Shown: piece after piece, positions 7,523 through 14,946 of the stretch
Layout of the letters: each line of letters opens with the position of its first letter
Numbering within the stretch: position 1 is the first letter of the stretch
IMG/VR virus record: IMGVR_UViG_3300020043_003188
Location: 1-38,981 of that record
DNA from: a virus
Taxonomy: Duplodnaviria > Caudoviricetes
Reading direction: 5' to 3' (one strand)
Length of the DNA: 38,981 nucleotides
The notes under the pieces: generated by a model
Seen by the model: the letters and a program-made list of their open reading frames with translations, nothing else
Told to the model about the DNA's origin: nothing
The model's database searches: none
Made by a program: the position numbers and the translations under genes

Positions 7523-8002
7523 ATGAAGAAATGCTTCAAATGCCACGGGGTGTTCCCATTAACTCAATTCTATAAGCACCCTCAAATGGGTGATGGTCAT
7601 CTAAACAAATGCAAAGAATGCACGAGGAAAGATTCAGCCAAAAGACTTGAAATAAAAAAACAAGATCCAGAGTGGGTCGAGCGGGAACGGATAAGACATA
7701 TAAATAAATTCAGAAAGTATCGACATGGTACAGATGAAGAGATAAAAAAGATAAACGCTAGAGCCATGGTAACTAGAGCAATCGCAGAAAATAAAATCAA
7801 AAGGCTTCCGTGTGTCGTATGTGGTAATCCGAAATCCCAAGGACACCATGAGGACTACGATAGGCCACTTGAAATAACATGGCTTTGCATTAGGCATCAT
7901 AACGATAGGCACATACATTTGACGAATTGTGCCAACATTGGAGAAGAACCGATGGATATTAACCTGTTCGTCAGTAAACTAAAAGAAAACACTTTCCGAT
8001 AA
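7523..8002 (+). CDS. Zn-finger/HNH-like putative homing endonuclease
   Basis: CFKC...CKEC N-terminus; CVVC...GHHEDY--PL---WLC--HH---H; AT-rich. Confidence 0.7.
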   Translation: MKKCFKCHGVFPLTQFYKHPQMGDGHLNKCKECTRKDSAKRLEIKKQDPEWVERERIRHINKFRKYRHGTDEEIKKINARAMVTRAIAENKIKRLPCVVCGNPKSQGHHEDYDRPLEITWLCIRHHNDRHIHLTNCANIGEEPMDINLFVSKLKENTFR

Positions 8003-8006
8003 ACTT

Positions 8007-8213
8007 ATGATTGAAATGATAACACCAATGGAGGCAGAGCGTCTGGGTCATGTCCCACTCACTCGACCATACCGAGAAGACTATGAACACGAAATGAGAT
8101 GGCTTCGCACCGTCCTGCGTGACATGAGGGGATGCAACTTCTCCCTCGTGGATACTGGCAGGGGGCTTGAAGTCTGGCGCGATAAAAAAGAACTAAACAC
8201 GATCAAAGAATAA
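8007..8213 (+). CDS. Hypothetical protein
   Basis: 68-aa ORF within the operon. Confidence 0.7.
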   Translation: MIEMITPMEAERLGHVPLTRPYREDYEHEMRWLRTVLRDMRGCNFSLVDTGRGLEVWRDKKELNTIKE

Positions 8214-8217
8214 CACT

Positions 8218-8376
8218 ATGAAACTGAAACAAATCTACAAACCAGTTCGCGCCATTGGCAGCGATCCGCATTTAACCGTGTCTCTCATGTCTGCCTTGGC
8301 ATCGCCCAAGCATCGCAAGAGCGGACTAATGGAAGCACTCAAACGCCTAGCCAAGAACTATGGAGTTGCTATTTAA
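8218..8376 (+). CDS. Small hypothetical protein, 52 aa (not in the ORF track)
   Basis: Hand translation MKLKQIYKPVRAIGSDPHL...LAKNYGVAI; fills the gap. Confidence 0.6.
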   Translation: MKLKQIYKPVRAIGSDPHLTVSLMSALASPKHRKSGLMEALKRLAKNYGVAI

Positions 8377-8566
8377 CGACCTACCAGAGGAGCTTTCACC
8401 TCGCCTTAAGTGGCAGGAGAAGAAGGGAATCAAGACAATGCGCCGAACAGATGGTAAATGGGTGGCGTACAAGACTGAAACCCGCTTCAACAACTCCGAT
8501 GAAACAGAGGTGGATGCCGTGATAGGACTTGCAAAGAAACTTAAGCTGAAATTGTGGAATGAGTAG
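8360..8566 (+). CDS. Hypothetical protein
   Basis: 68-aa ORF within the operon. Confidence 0.7.
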   Translation: MELLFNDLPEELSPRLKWQEKKGIKTMRRTDGKWVAYKTETRFNNSDETEVDAVIGLAKKLKLKLWNE

Positions 8567-9011
8567 AATCACGATAGGCATAGATCCTGGGGCCAACGGC
8601 TCAATCGCATGGATTGACGAGCGAGGGAAGTCTTGCGTCGAGAAGATGCCAGACACCTTGCAGGACTTGTGGGAGCTGGTCGAATCGATTGCCAGCGTTT
8701 GTAAATATGAAAACAGATGCGCTTGCGTCAAAGCCTACATCGAACAGGTATCAAGCAGCCCACAGATGGGCGTGGTGTCCAGCTTCTCATTTGGCCGAGG
8801 TTACGGCAACCTTGAGATGGCATTGACAGCCGCAGGGATACCCTTCGAGCGCGTTCGTCCACAAGTCTGGCAGAAGGCAATGGGTTGCATGACGAAAGGC
8901 AACAAGAACATTTCAAAGCAGAAGGCTCAAGAGCTATTCCCAGACAAGAAGGTTATTCACGCTACGGCTGACGCATTACTTATAGCACTATACGGAAGCA
9001 GACAACCATGA
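8559..9011 (+). CDS. RuvC-like Holliday junction resolvase
   Basis: IGIDPG, AYIEQV, FSFGRGYG, V-PQ-WQK, ADALLIA. Confidence 0.88.
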   Translation: MSRITIGIDPGANGSIAWIDERGKSCVEKMPDTLQDLWELVESIASVCKYENRCACVKAYIEQVSSSPQMGVVSSFSFGRGYGNLEMALTAAGIPFERVRPQVWQKAMGCMTKGNKNISKQKAQELFPDKKVIHATADALLIALYGSRQP

Positions 9012-9259
9012 AAAAACACCAAGAGATTGAAAACATAATCGGGGACATCTGGTATCAGAACCCAAGGTGGCCATCGACATTCTCCGCATGTTGTACGGGG
9101 TGTGGAAACAATGCGAGGGGTGGCAGGGAATGCATCTATTGTTTGGAAGAGGAGCTTTCTGGATTGACATCCAAGGAATGCGCTAGGCAATTTGTCAGCG
9201 CAGTCAGACAAGTCTTAATGGCAGAAGAGTCCTTACGGGAGTTCGGCAAGCCATTCTGA
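9008..9259 (+). CDS. Hypothetical Cys-rich protein
   Basis: CxxC...CxxC; ATGA overlap. Confidence 0.65.
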   Translation: MKKHQEIENIIGDIWYQNPRWPSTFSACCTGCGNNARGGRECIYCLEEELSGLTSKECARQFVSAVRQVLMAEESLREFGKPF

Positions 9260-9283
9260 AAACAAACAACACAATAATAAGCC

Positions 9284-9466
9284 ATGAAACCACGCATGTA
9301 TAACATCGTTAGGGATTGTGTAGAAAACGGCATCCGTTATGGAATCCGCCGCGCACACAAGCACACAGACGAACCATCCGAGGACTTGCTGGAAAGCGAG
9401 ATTCACTCGGCAATCATGATGGAACTCGATGAGAAGTTCGAGTTTGAAATCCCAAGACTAGACTAA
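9284..9466 (+). CDS. Hypothetical protein
   Basis: 60 aa with A-rich leader. Confidence 0.7.
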   Translation: MKPRMYNIVRDCVENGIRYGIRRAHKHTDEPSEDLLESEIHSAIMMELDEKFEFEIPRLD

Positions 9467-9470
9467 CACC

Positions 9471-9671
9471 ATGAAAAAAAGCGCAACACAGAAACTAGAA
9501 GAGTGGCTCCTTAACGGGAAGACCATCACCGCCTTGCAAGCCCTTAATAAATGGGGATGTATGAGGCTATCGGCACGGATCAACGACCTCCGCAACAACG
9601 GGTTCCCGATCCTCACGGACAGCGTAAAGCAGAATGGCAAGATCTTTGCTCGCTATCGCCTTGCCGCCTAA
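9471..9671 (+). CDS. Winged helix-turn-helix protein
   Basis: L--GK-IT-LQAL--WG-MRLSARI-DLR--G--I...ARY-L, a common phage wHTH family. Confidence 0.8.
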   Translation: MKKSATQKLEEWLLNGKTITALQALNKWGCMRLSARINDLRNNGFPILTDSVKQNGKIFARYRLAA

Positions 9672-9754
9672 AACAATCGGGTATGTCGGTAGCCTAGTTC
9701 ATTGTCGCTGCACCACCCAGCGTCCGGCAAGGTGGTAATTTTACTCAAACTAAT

Positions 9755-10015
9755 ATGCTAAAAGCAATAAACATAATACGCGACTACAAGGAGTGGCTTG
9801 ATGGCGACCGCGACAGGGCTGAACCAAACATGACATGGGTTAGCGGGGCAATTGGGGAGGTTGTTTCTTATTTTGACAACAACACGACAATAAGCGAACT
9901 AACTGAAAAGTTAAGGGCCGAACTTGACATGGGGATAGACGCCATTGTCAAGCGCTTACAATGGAGGCAAGACCAACTAGAGCGCGGCATCAAGGAACTG
10001 AAGAGTGACTATTGA
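9755..10015 (+). CDS. Hypothetical protein
   Basis: 86 aa with a coiled-coil-like C-terminus. Confidence 0.7.
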   Translation: MLKAINIIRDYKEWLDGDRDRAEPNMTWVSGAIGEVVSYFDNNTTISELTEKLRAELDMGIDAIVKRLQWRQDQLERGIKELKSDY

Positions 10016-10039
10016 ATTTCCCGTAGAATCTGATACAAT
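10012..10039 (+). promoter_or_regulatory. Extended -10 promoter, near-leaderless
   Basis: TTGAAT-16 nt-TACAAT with TGn; ATG at 10048. Confidence 0.6.
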
Positions 10040-10047
10040 TCATACAT

Positions 10048-10302
10048 ATGAATAAGCGTTTTGAAAAGAAGGTAAAGAACCCGAAGACGGGTAGAACTAG
10101 GACTGTTAAGTATGGACAGGCGGGTAAAGCAGCGGACGGTGGGGATAGGATTAGGCCAGGCACGGCCAAAGCATCGAGCTATTGCGCGAGAAGCTACGGG
10201 ATTAAGAAAAGGTTGCCAAAAGAAGAGCAGAACAATCCCAATACGCCGAACAACTTGAGTCGAAAGAAGTGGAAATGCTCTGGGCCAAACGCTAAGAAAT
10301 AA
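10048..10302 (+). CDS. Basic phage protein, DUF6321-like
   Basis: TVKYGQ-G...SYCARS...PNTPN---RKKWKC. Confidence 0.65.
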   Translation: MNKRFEKKVKNPKTGRTRTVKYGQAGKAADGGDRIRPGTAKASSYCARSYGIKKRLPKEEQNNPNTPNNLSRKKWKCSGPNAKK

Positions 10303-10307
10303 CCACC

Positions 10308-10478
10308 ATGAGTGCAGGAAAGGGCGACTCACCCAGACGAGTAGATACCAAACGATACAACGAAAACTATGAACGAATCTTTAGAAAAACAACCATCGAA
10401 CAGGAAGCTAAACCAGAAGCGGAAATTCAGCTTCGGGTCGGGGCGGAGGAGGAACCAGCTCCAAGACAAGAAGATTAA
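10308..10478 (+). CDS. Small conserved phage peptide (GKGxxPR...NYxRIF family; not in the ORF track)
   Basis: Hand translation MSAGKGDSPRRVDTKRYNENYERIFRK...; its tail overlaps the next gene. Confidence 0.6.
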   Translation: MSAGKGDSPRRVDTKRYNENYERIFRKTTIEQEAKPEAEIQLRVGAEEEPAPRQED

Positions 10479-10707
10479 CATCCGAGTCTCGCTCTCGGTT
10501 GAGACATTCAAGCGGGTGGACAACCTTGCCAAAAGGATAGATTGCTCGCTTTCTAGTGCCGTAGAAAGGCTAATTAGGACGCAGGAATCGGAGGCTATCG
10601 AGCCTACTCCAGAGGTCAACTGGGACGAGTTCAAGGCCAAGCGGCAGTTCTACCAGCTCACGGATGTTCTGGATGCCTCATTCCGCAGAAGGAGGAGCAG
10701 GGCATGA
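10369..10707 (+). CDS. Ribbon-helix-helix (CopG/Arc-like) DNA-binding protein
   Basis: KINIRVSLSVETFKRVDNLAKRIDCSLSSAVERLI. Confidence 0.65.
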   Translation: MNESLEKQPSNRKLNQKRKFSFGSGRRRNQLQDKKINIRVSLSVETFKRVDNLAKRIDCSLSSAVERLIRTQESEAIEPTPEVNWDEFKAKRQFYQLTDVLDASFRRRRSRA

Positions 10708-11306
10708 ATACTCTCAGGGGATTCCCCAAAAGGGAGTCTAGCCAATGGCGGTGGAAAAAATGGGACATAAGGTCAGATGGTAAGGTTTTTTGGAAATACA
10801 ATAAAAAATGTAGGGACGGTGAGAGGTGGTTAACGTGGGAACAGGCGTTAATTGAAAAGAAAAAAGAATCCGAAGCAGCATTAAGGCGTTATCATAAAAA
10901 CTCAGAAAAGATAAAAAGACAAAGCAGGGAGAGGTGGGCCGCGAACTTGGAAGAAAATCGCAAAAAGAAAAGCGAACAGATGAGGGAAAAAAGAAAGATT
11001 AGTCCAATGTTTTCAATGGCAGATAGACTAAGATCTAGAATTAGAGACTTCATTAGGAATCGAAATTACTCGAAAACATCAAAAACAAGCGTGATGGTTG
11101 GGTGTTCATGGGGTGATCTAAAAGACCATATCGAATCTAAATTCACCGATGGAATGTCGTGGAGAAATAGGCATTTGTGGCATATTGACCACATTGTCCC
11201 GCTTGCGTCAGCTAATTCTGAAGAAGAAATGATTAAACTTAGCCACTACACCAATCTCCAGCCGCTTTGGGCTGAGGATAATTTCAAGAAGGGATCGAAG
11301 TTTTAA
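10704..11306 (+). CDS. HNH endonuclease, putative homing
   Basis: GCS---LK-HIE-KF--GMSW-N---WHIDHIVP...HYTNLQPLWA-DN--K; AT-rich. Confidence 0.85.
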   Translation: MNTLRGFPKRESSQWRWKKWDIRSDGKVFWKYNKKCRDGERWLTWEQALIEKKKESEAALRRYHKNSEKIKRQSRERWAANLEENRKKKSEQMREKRKISPMFSMADRLRSRIRDFIRNRNYSKTSKTSVMVGCSWGDLKDHIESKFTDGMSWRNRHLWHIDHIVPLASANSEEEMIKLSHYTNLQPLWAEDNFKKGSKF

Positions 11307-11324
11307 GTATCAATCTAGAAAACA

Positions 11325-11912
11325 ATGAACACCTTGAAAGGATTTCCGCATCGTTATCAGAATGCCACAGAATGCGTTGGAGACGACTGGTGGGGTCATT
11401 ACCGCCTAGCCCTCGCTACGGTCGATTCTGGGGGCATTGTGGTGATGTACGGGACGAACGGCACGGGCAAGACCCGCATGGCCTATGAATTAGCCAAGAA
11501 ATGCGTACCAAAGGACACACATTATTCCATCGGGGGCATGGGCTGGAACTCTGGAAAGAAGGAAAGACCCGCCATTTACACCACAGCTGTGGACTTATTC
11601 ATGGAGATCCGTGACACCTTCCGCCCAGACTCCGAGCAATCTGAGATGGCGGTGGTGAAGAAATACACCGAGGCAGGGCTACTGGTTTTGGATGAATTTC
11701 AGGAAAGGGGCGAAACCCCATTTGAGGACAGAAAGATCACCAGTATTATCGACGCTCGTTATCAAAACGAAAGGCCTACCATATTGATTTCCAACTACTC
11801 ACGAGAGGAATTTGCCTCAAAATTATCAGCGGCGGTACTGGACAGAATCCGTGAGAACGGGGTTGGCCTACATTTCAACTGGACAAGCTACCGAAAGCAA
11901 GGTAGCATTTAG
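11325..11912 (+). CDS. DnaC/IstB-like AAA+ ATPase (helicase loader)
   Basis: Walker A GTNGTGKT, Walker B LLVLDE, IIDARY---RPTILISN, DRIRE. Confidence 0.88.
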   Translation: MNTLKGFPHRYQNATECVGDDWWGHYRLALATVDSGGIVVMYGTNGTGKTRMAYELAKKCVPKDTHYSIGGMGWNSGKKERPAIYTTAVDLFMEIRDTFRPDSEQSEMAVVKKYTEAGLLVLDEFQERGETPFEDRKITSIIDARYQNERPTILISNYSREEFASKLSAAVLDRIRENGVGLHFNWTSYRKQGSI

Positions 11913-12059
11913 CCAACAACACCCCCGACGCCTCTTGACAATGCGCACCAATGGGGGTTACTTTTATCCTGTGCTAACCTACGCAGAAGTGGACACAATA
12001 TGTCCACATTTCTATAATGTGTAGCATTCTAGCGAATAAGTTGCCAGAATGTGTACTTA

Positions 12060-12287
12060 CTAGGCCAAGGAATACAGGTTGCTGGATCGCCCGTTGATCC
12101 TGCACCTGCGGAACTTTAGTATCCCGTCTGCGGATTTGTTGCGGAGGATTGACCCGGCGTGAGGTATGGACATTCTAGTTCTAGCGGCATACTCGGCCAC
12201 GGTGAACTCGTCTGGACTGCGTGGGTCCTCCTTGCCTATCAGTGCAATTGCTTTGTCCAGTGCGTCTAGTGCTTGTTTCGTTTTCAT
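12060..12287 (-). CDS. Putative winged-HTH protein
   Basis: FTVAEYAARTRMS...L------G-L---R------NLY. Confidence 0.55.
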   Translation of the reverse strand: MKTKQALDALDKAIALIGKEDPRSPDEFTVAEYAARTRMSIPHAGSILRNKSADGILKFRRCRINGRSSNLYSLA

Positions 12288-12290
12288 TGG

Positions 12291-12383
12291 TTAGTACCAG
12301 TAGTCTTGATTTGAGGCGCAGAAAATCACCACCCATACAACTAGGGTAGCAAATACAAACATACTTGCGATTTCAGCTATCAT
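12291..12383 (-). CDS. 30-aa single-TM peptide (not in the ORF track)
   Basis: Hand translation MIAEIASMFVFATLVVWVVIFCASNQDYWY. Confidence 0.45.
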   Translation of the reverse strand: MIAEIASMFVFATLVVWVVIFCASNQDYWY

Positions 12384-12422
12384 GTCGGTGTTCGGCTACA
12401 ATGGTTGGATGTTGGCGATCGG

Positions 12423-13154
12423 CTACAGAATTCCCATCGGGGAAATCCAATCGTTTCCTTCCTTAATGACATTCCATGCCTGCCATGAACCAGTCTTCTC
12501 GTTGATCATGCCGTAAAGGAAACCATTGCGCCACGCAAGTTTGGCTGGGGTTCTGTCGGCATAGGACAACTGGTCGATGTCGGCAAGGCATCCAACGCTG
12601 AATGCCGCCTGTCCGTCCACATGGCGAGCCACATACACATCCGGCTTGTGGACATGACCATGAATTACCGCATTCCATAGCTCAAAATGGCTCTTGGCTG
12701 GGTACATTGTAGCGCGGAACCCATGTATCAATTTTGGGCCACCCTCTGGGAGCATGAGGTATTTACTGATATGGTATGGAACCCACTTGATCTTGCGCTT
12801 ACGGAACTCGTCTTCGGAGGCTTGTGCTAACTTTGCACAATGTTCACGAAGCATGCCATCAGCACACTTGGTTGAGTTCATCCAGATGCGGTCGTCATGA
12901 TTTCCAAGGGTGAGATAGTCCGGCTTAAACTCATCAAGAAATTCAAGGCCCATTTGGTAGTCTTCAGAGATGCCGTCTGCCTTTTCCTCTGGGCTTGCAC
13001 CTCTACGGAGCGGGGAGAAATCCCACAAGTCACCGAGATGAATCTTGTAGTTCGGCTTCCAACTTTTCGCAAAGTCTAGTATCTTCTTTTTAGCCTCTTC
13101 CGAGACTAGGCAGCCGTGGTTATCAGCTGCGACGAGGAACTTTTTGTAGCTCAT
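12423..13154 (-). CDS. Calcineurin-like metallophosphoesterase
   Basis: DNHG, HLGDLWD, GNHD, HG and GHVH motifs. Confidence 0.9.
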   Translation of the reverse strand: MSYKKFLVAADNHGCLVSEEAKKKILDFAKSWKPNYKIHLGDLWDFSPLRRGASPEEKADGISEDYQMGLEFLDEFKPDYLTLGNHDDRIWMNSTKCADGMLREHCAKLAQASEDEFRKRKIKWVPYHISKYLMLPEGGPKLIHGFRATMYPAKSHFELWNAVIHGHVHKPDVYVARHVDGQAAFSVGCLADIDQLSYADRTPAKLAWRNGFLYGMINEKTGSWQAWNVIKEGNDWISPMGIL

Positions 13155-13378
13155 TATTCAGAAGGTATGAGTTTATATGTTATCGTTGAAATAATTCTCT
13201 GTGGTGTCTCAACGCCATTAAGAATGTCTTTTGCATCCTTATCTGGGACTTCGTATCCATCATAAGATAGAATTAGGTTTTGAATGTATTTGATTGACGG
13301 TTGGCCAACATACTCTCCTATCGTCATCCACCGATCCATTGAATTATTTCTCAACAACTCGAATCTCTTGTAGCTCAT
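13154..13378 (-). CDS. Hypothetical AT-rich inserted gene
   Basis: Start MSYKRF at 13378 (ATGA overlap); TAATG overlap with the next gene. Confidence 0.65.
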   Translation of the reverse strand: MSYKRFELLRNNSMDRWMTIGEYVGQPSIKYIQNLILSYDGYEVPDKDAKDILNGVETPQRIISTITYKLIPSE

Positions 13379-13677
13379 TTTGTTTTTCGTTTTGGTTTGG
13401 CGATCACCCTTTCCCACGCTGGGAAGAAGATGTTCTCCAGACAACGGACTACACACTCCTCCATGTCCTCGAATGTTTTCGAGTGAGAGATGCCCGCAAT
13501 GCTGAATGCAGCATGCATCATCTCATGGCGTAATGTGGACTCCATAATGTCTGCATCGGCACTACGAAGGGTAATCCGCATGTCGTCAAGACAAAAATTG
13601 CCATATTCTGCAAGGTTCTCTTCGACGAGGATCTCAACCTCCTGCCCGCCAATACTGACTGATGGGGGGATTTTCAT
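13375..13677 (-). CDS. Small HExxH zincin-like metallopeptidase
   Basis: YG-F------I-L...TLRHEMMHA...EE--V. Confidence 0.7.
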   Translation of the reverse strand: MKIPPSVSIGGQEVEILVEENLAEYGNFCLDDMRITLRSADADIMESTLRHEMMHAAFSIAGISHSKTFEDMEECVVRCLENIFFPAWERVIAKPKRKTK

Positions 13678-14237
13678 CGCGTGGCTTGAAAGTGTTGCCC
13701 ATCGTAATTCCAAAAAGCACCCGCTGGAAGCCATCCCTCTTTGGCGAAGATCTCCATCACTTCAATCGGCATATTCGCAGACTTTGGCCAATGCTCACGG
13801 AATTGATTCGTGCTTGGAGCAAGGTCTATAGCAGCACCCCTAGCATGCAGAGATGGCAAAGATCCACCACGCATGGGCCGGTTGTTGTAGCATCCAGCGT
13901 ACTCCTTCAGCACCCAAGCGTGTGGGGTCTTGGAGATGTTCTCCAGAATGCGGCGTAGGCTGGGAGCTACCTTGTGGTGGCAGCGAATGGACTTAACATT
14001 CTTGCCGTCATAACGAATGTCGAGGTCATTGACTGCAAGGTTGACCAGCATGGACTCCTCACCAGCCCTTCCGTAGAACCTAGTGAGCGCACCTTGGTCT
14101 TGTGTCGGCCAAGGGTGATCTACGGGCATTAGGCTGCGTAGATGATCCTCGCAGGCTTTGATTGACTTCGGCCCCCAGAACCCATCTGGGGTGGCTCCTA
14201 CACGTTTCTGAAGCTCGATGATCTGGTTGTGATTCAT
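13674..14237 (-). CDS. Endolysin: short peptidoglycan-binding motif plus M15-family peptidase
   Basis: LQ--VG--PDG-WGP-S; GCYN-R-MRGG---S-HA-G-AIDL; D--HFQ. Confidence 0.9.
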   Translation of the reverse strand: MNHNQIIELQKRVGATPDGFWGPKSIKACEDHLRSLMPVDHPWPTQDQGALTRFYGRAGEESMLVNLAVNDLDIRYDGKNVKSIRCHHKVAPSLRRILENISKTPHAWVLKEYAGCYNNRPMRGGSLPSLHARGAAIDLAPSTNQFREHWPKSANMPIEVMEIFAKEGWLPAGAFWNYDGQHFQATR

Positions 14238-14278
14238 GACCCTAGTTTACATCACAGGTCAAGACCACCTTGACCTAC

Positions 14279-14455
14279 TCAACGCTTTTTAAGCAGTTTC
14301 CGCAGGGAAAGCAAGCCCACGATAATGCCTATAACGAGGGAGGTTATACGCATCCCCCACTCAACCTGCTCCTGCATGCTGGTAATGACGCCGAGGGCTG
14401 GGGTAATTGTCCCTACAGCCCCATGCAGAAGGTCGCGTCCGTGGTCGGAGATCAT
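14279..14455 (-). CDS. Holin-like two-TM protein, 58 aa (not in the ORF track)
   Basis: Hand translation MISDHGRDLLHGAVGTITPALGVITS...ITSLVIGIIVGLLSLRKLLKKR; basic tail; upstream of the endolysin. Confidence 0.65.
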   Translation of the reverse strand: MISDHGRDLLHGAVGTITPALGVITSMQEQVEWGMRITSLVIGIIVGLLSLRKLLKKR

Positions 14456-14607
14456 CGCCCTGCGTCCCGTGCTTTGATGAGGCCGATGCCTGCCGTTACA
14501 GCGGCGAACGCTCCCATGAAGTCGGGTGCGCCACCTTTGAGGACTTGAACGCCCACATTAGCGAGCGTTGCAACGATAGTAAGAATGCCGAGTGCGGTAG
14601 TTTTCAT
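14452..14607 (-). CDS. Holin-like two-TM protein, 51 aa (not in the ORF track)
   Basis: Hand translation MKTTALGILTIVATLANVGVQVLKGGAPDFMGAFAAVTAGIGLIKARDAGR. Confidence 0.65.
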   Translation of the reverse strand: MKTTALGILTIVATLANVGVQVLKGGAPDFMGAFAAVTAGIGLIKARDAGR

Positions 14608-14625
14608 ATGTATTATGTGTTGAGA

Positions 14626-14946
14626 TTATGCCCAAAAAACATTCGGGACATCTTCAGATTCTGGGCGGGGAATTGAGATGTCGTTTCCAGCTTCATCCTC
14701 GACTGTCCAGTCGGATGACCAGTAGATAAACTGCTCGCCACCCTCTGGAATCGGGATGCCGACGAGATCACGGAAAAGCACCCACCAGTTCGAGCCTTGA
14801 TGCTCACCGATGATGTGGAGCGCGTACTCATGGGACGCGAGGGTGATTTGCTCGTTGCCGTCCTCGTCTATGGTCGCAAAGCCATTCTGCAATCCGAACA
14901 TGACTGCGGTGGTGCGGTCGGGGAATTTGAGAAGGTAGTCCGTCAT
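14626..14946 (-). CDS. Hypothetical protein, possible fibre-associated chaperone
   Basis: 106 aa, ATGA-coupled to the fibre gene. Confidence 0.7.
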   Translation of the reverse strand: MTDYLLKFPDRTTAVMFGLQNGFATIDEDGNEQITLASHEYALHIIGEHQGSNWWVLFRDLVGIPIPEGGEQFIYWSSDWTVEDEAGNDISIPRPESEDVPNVFWA

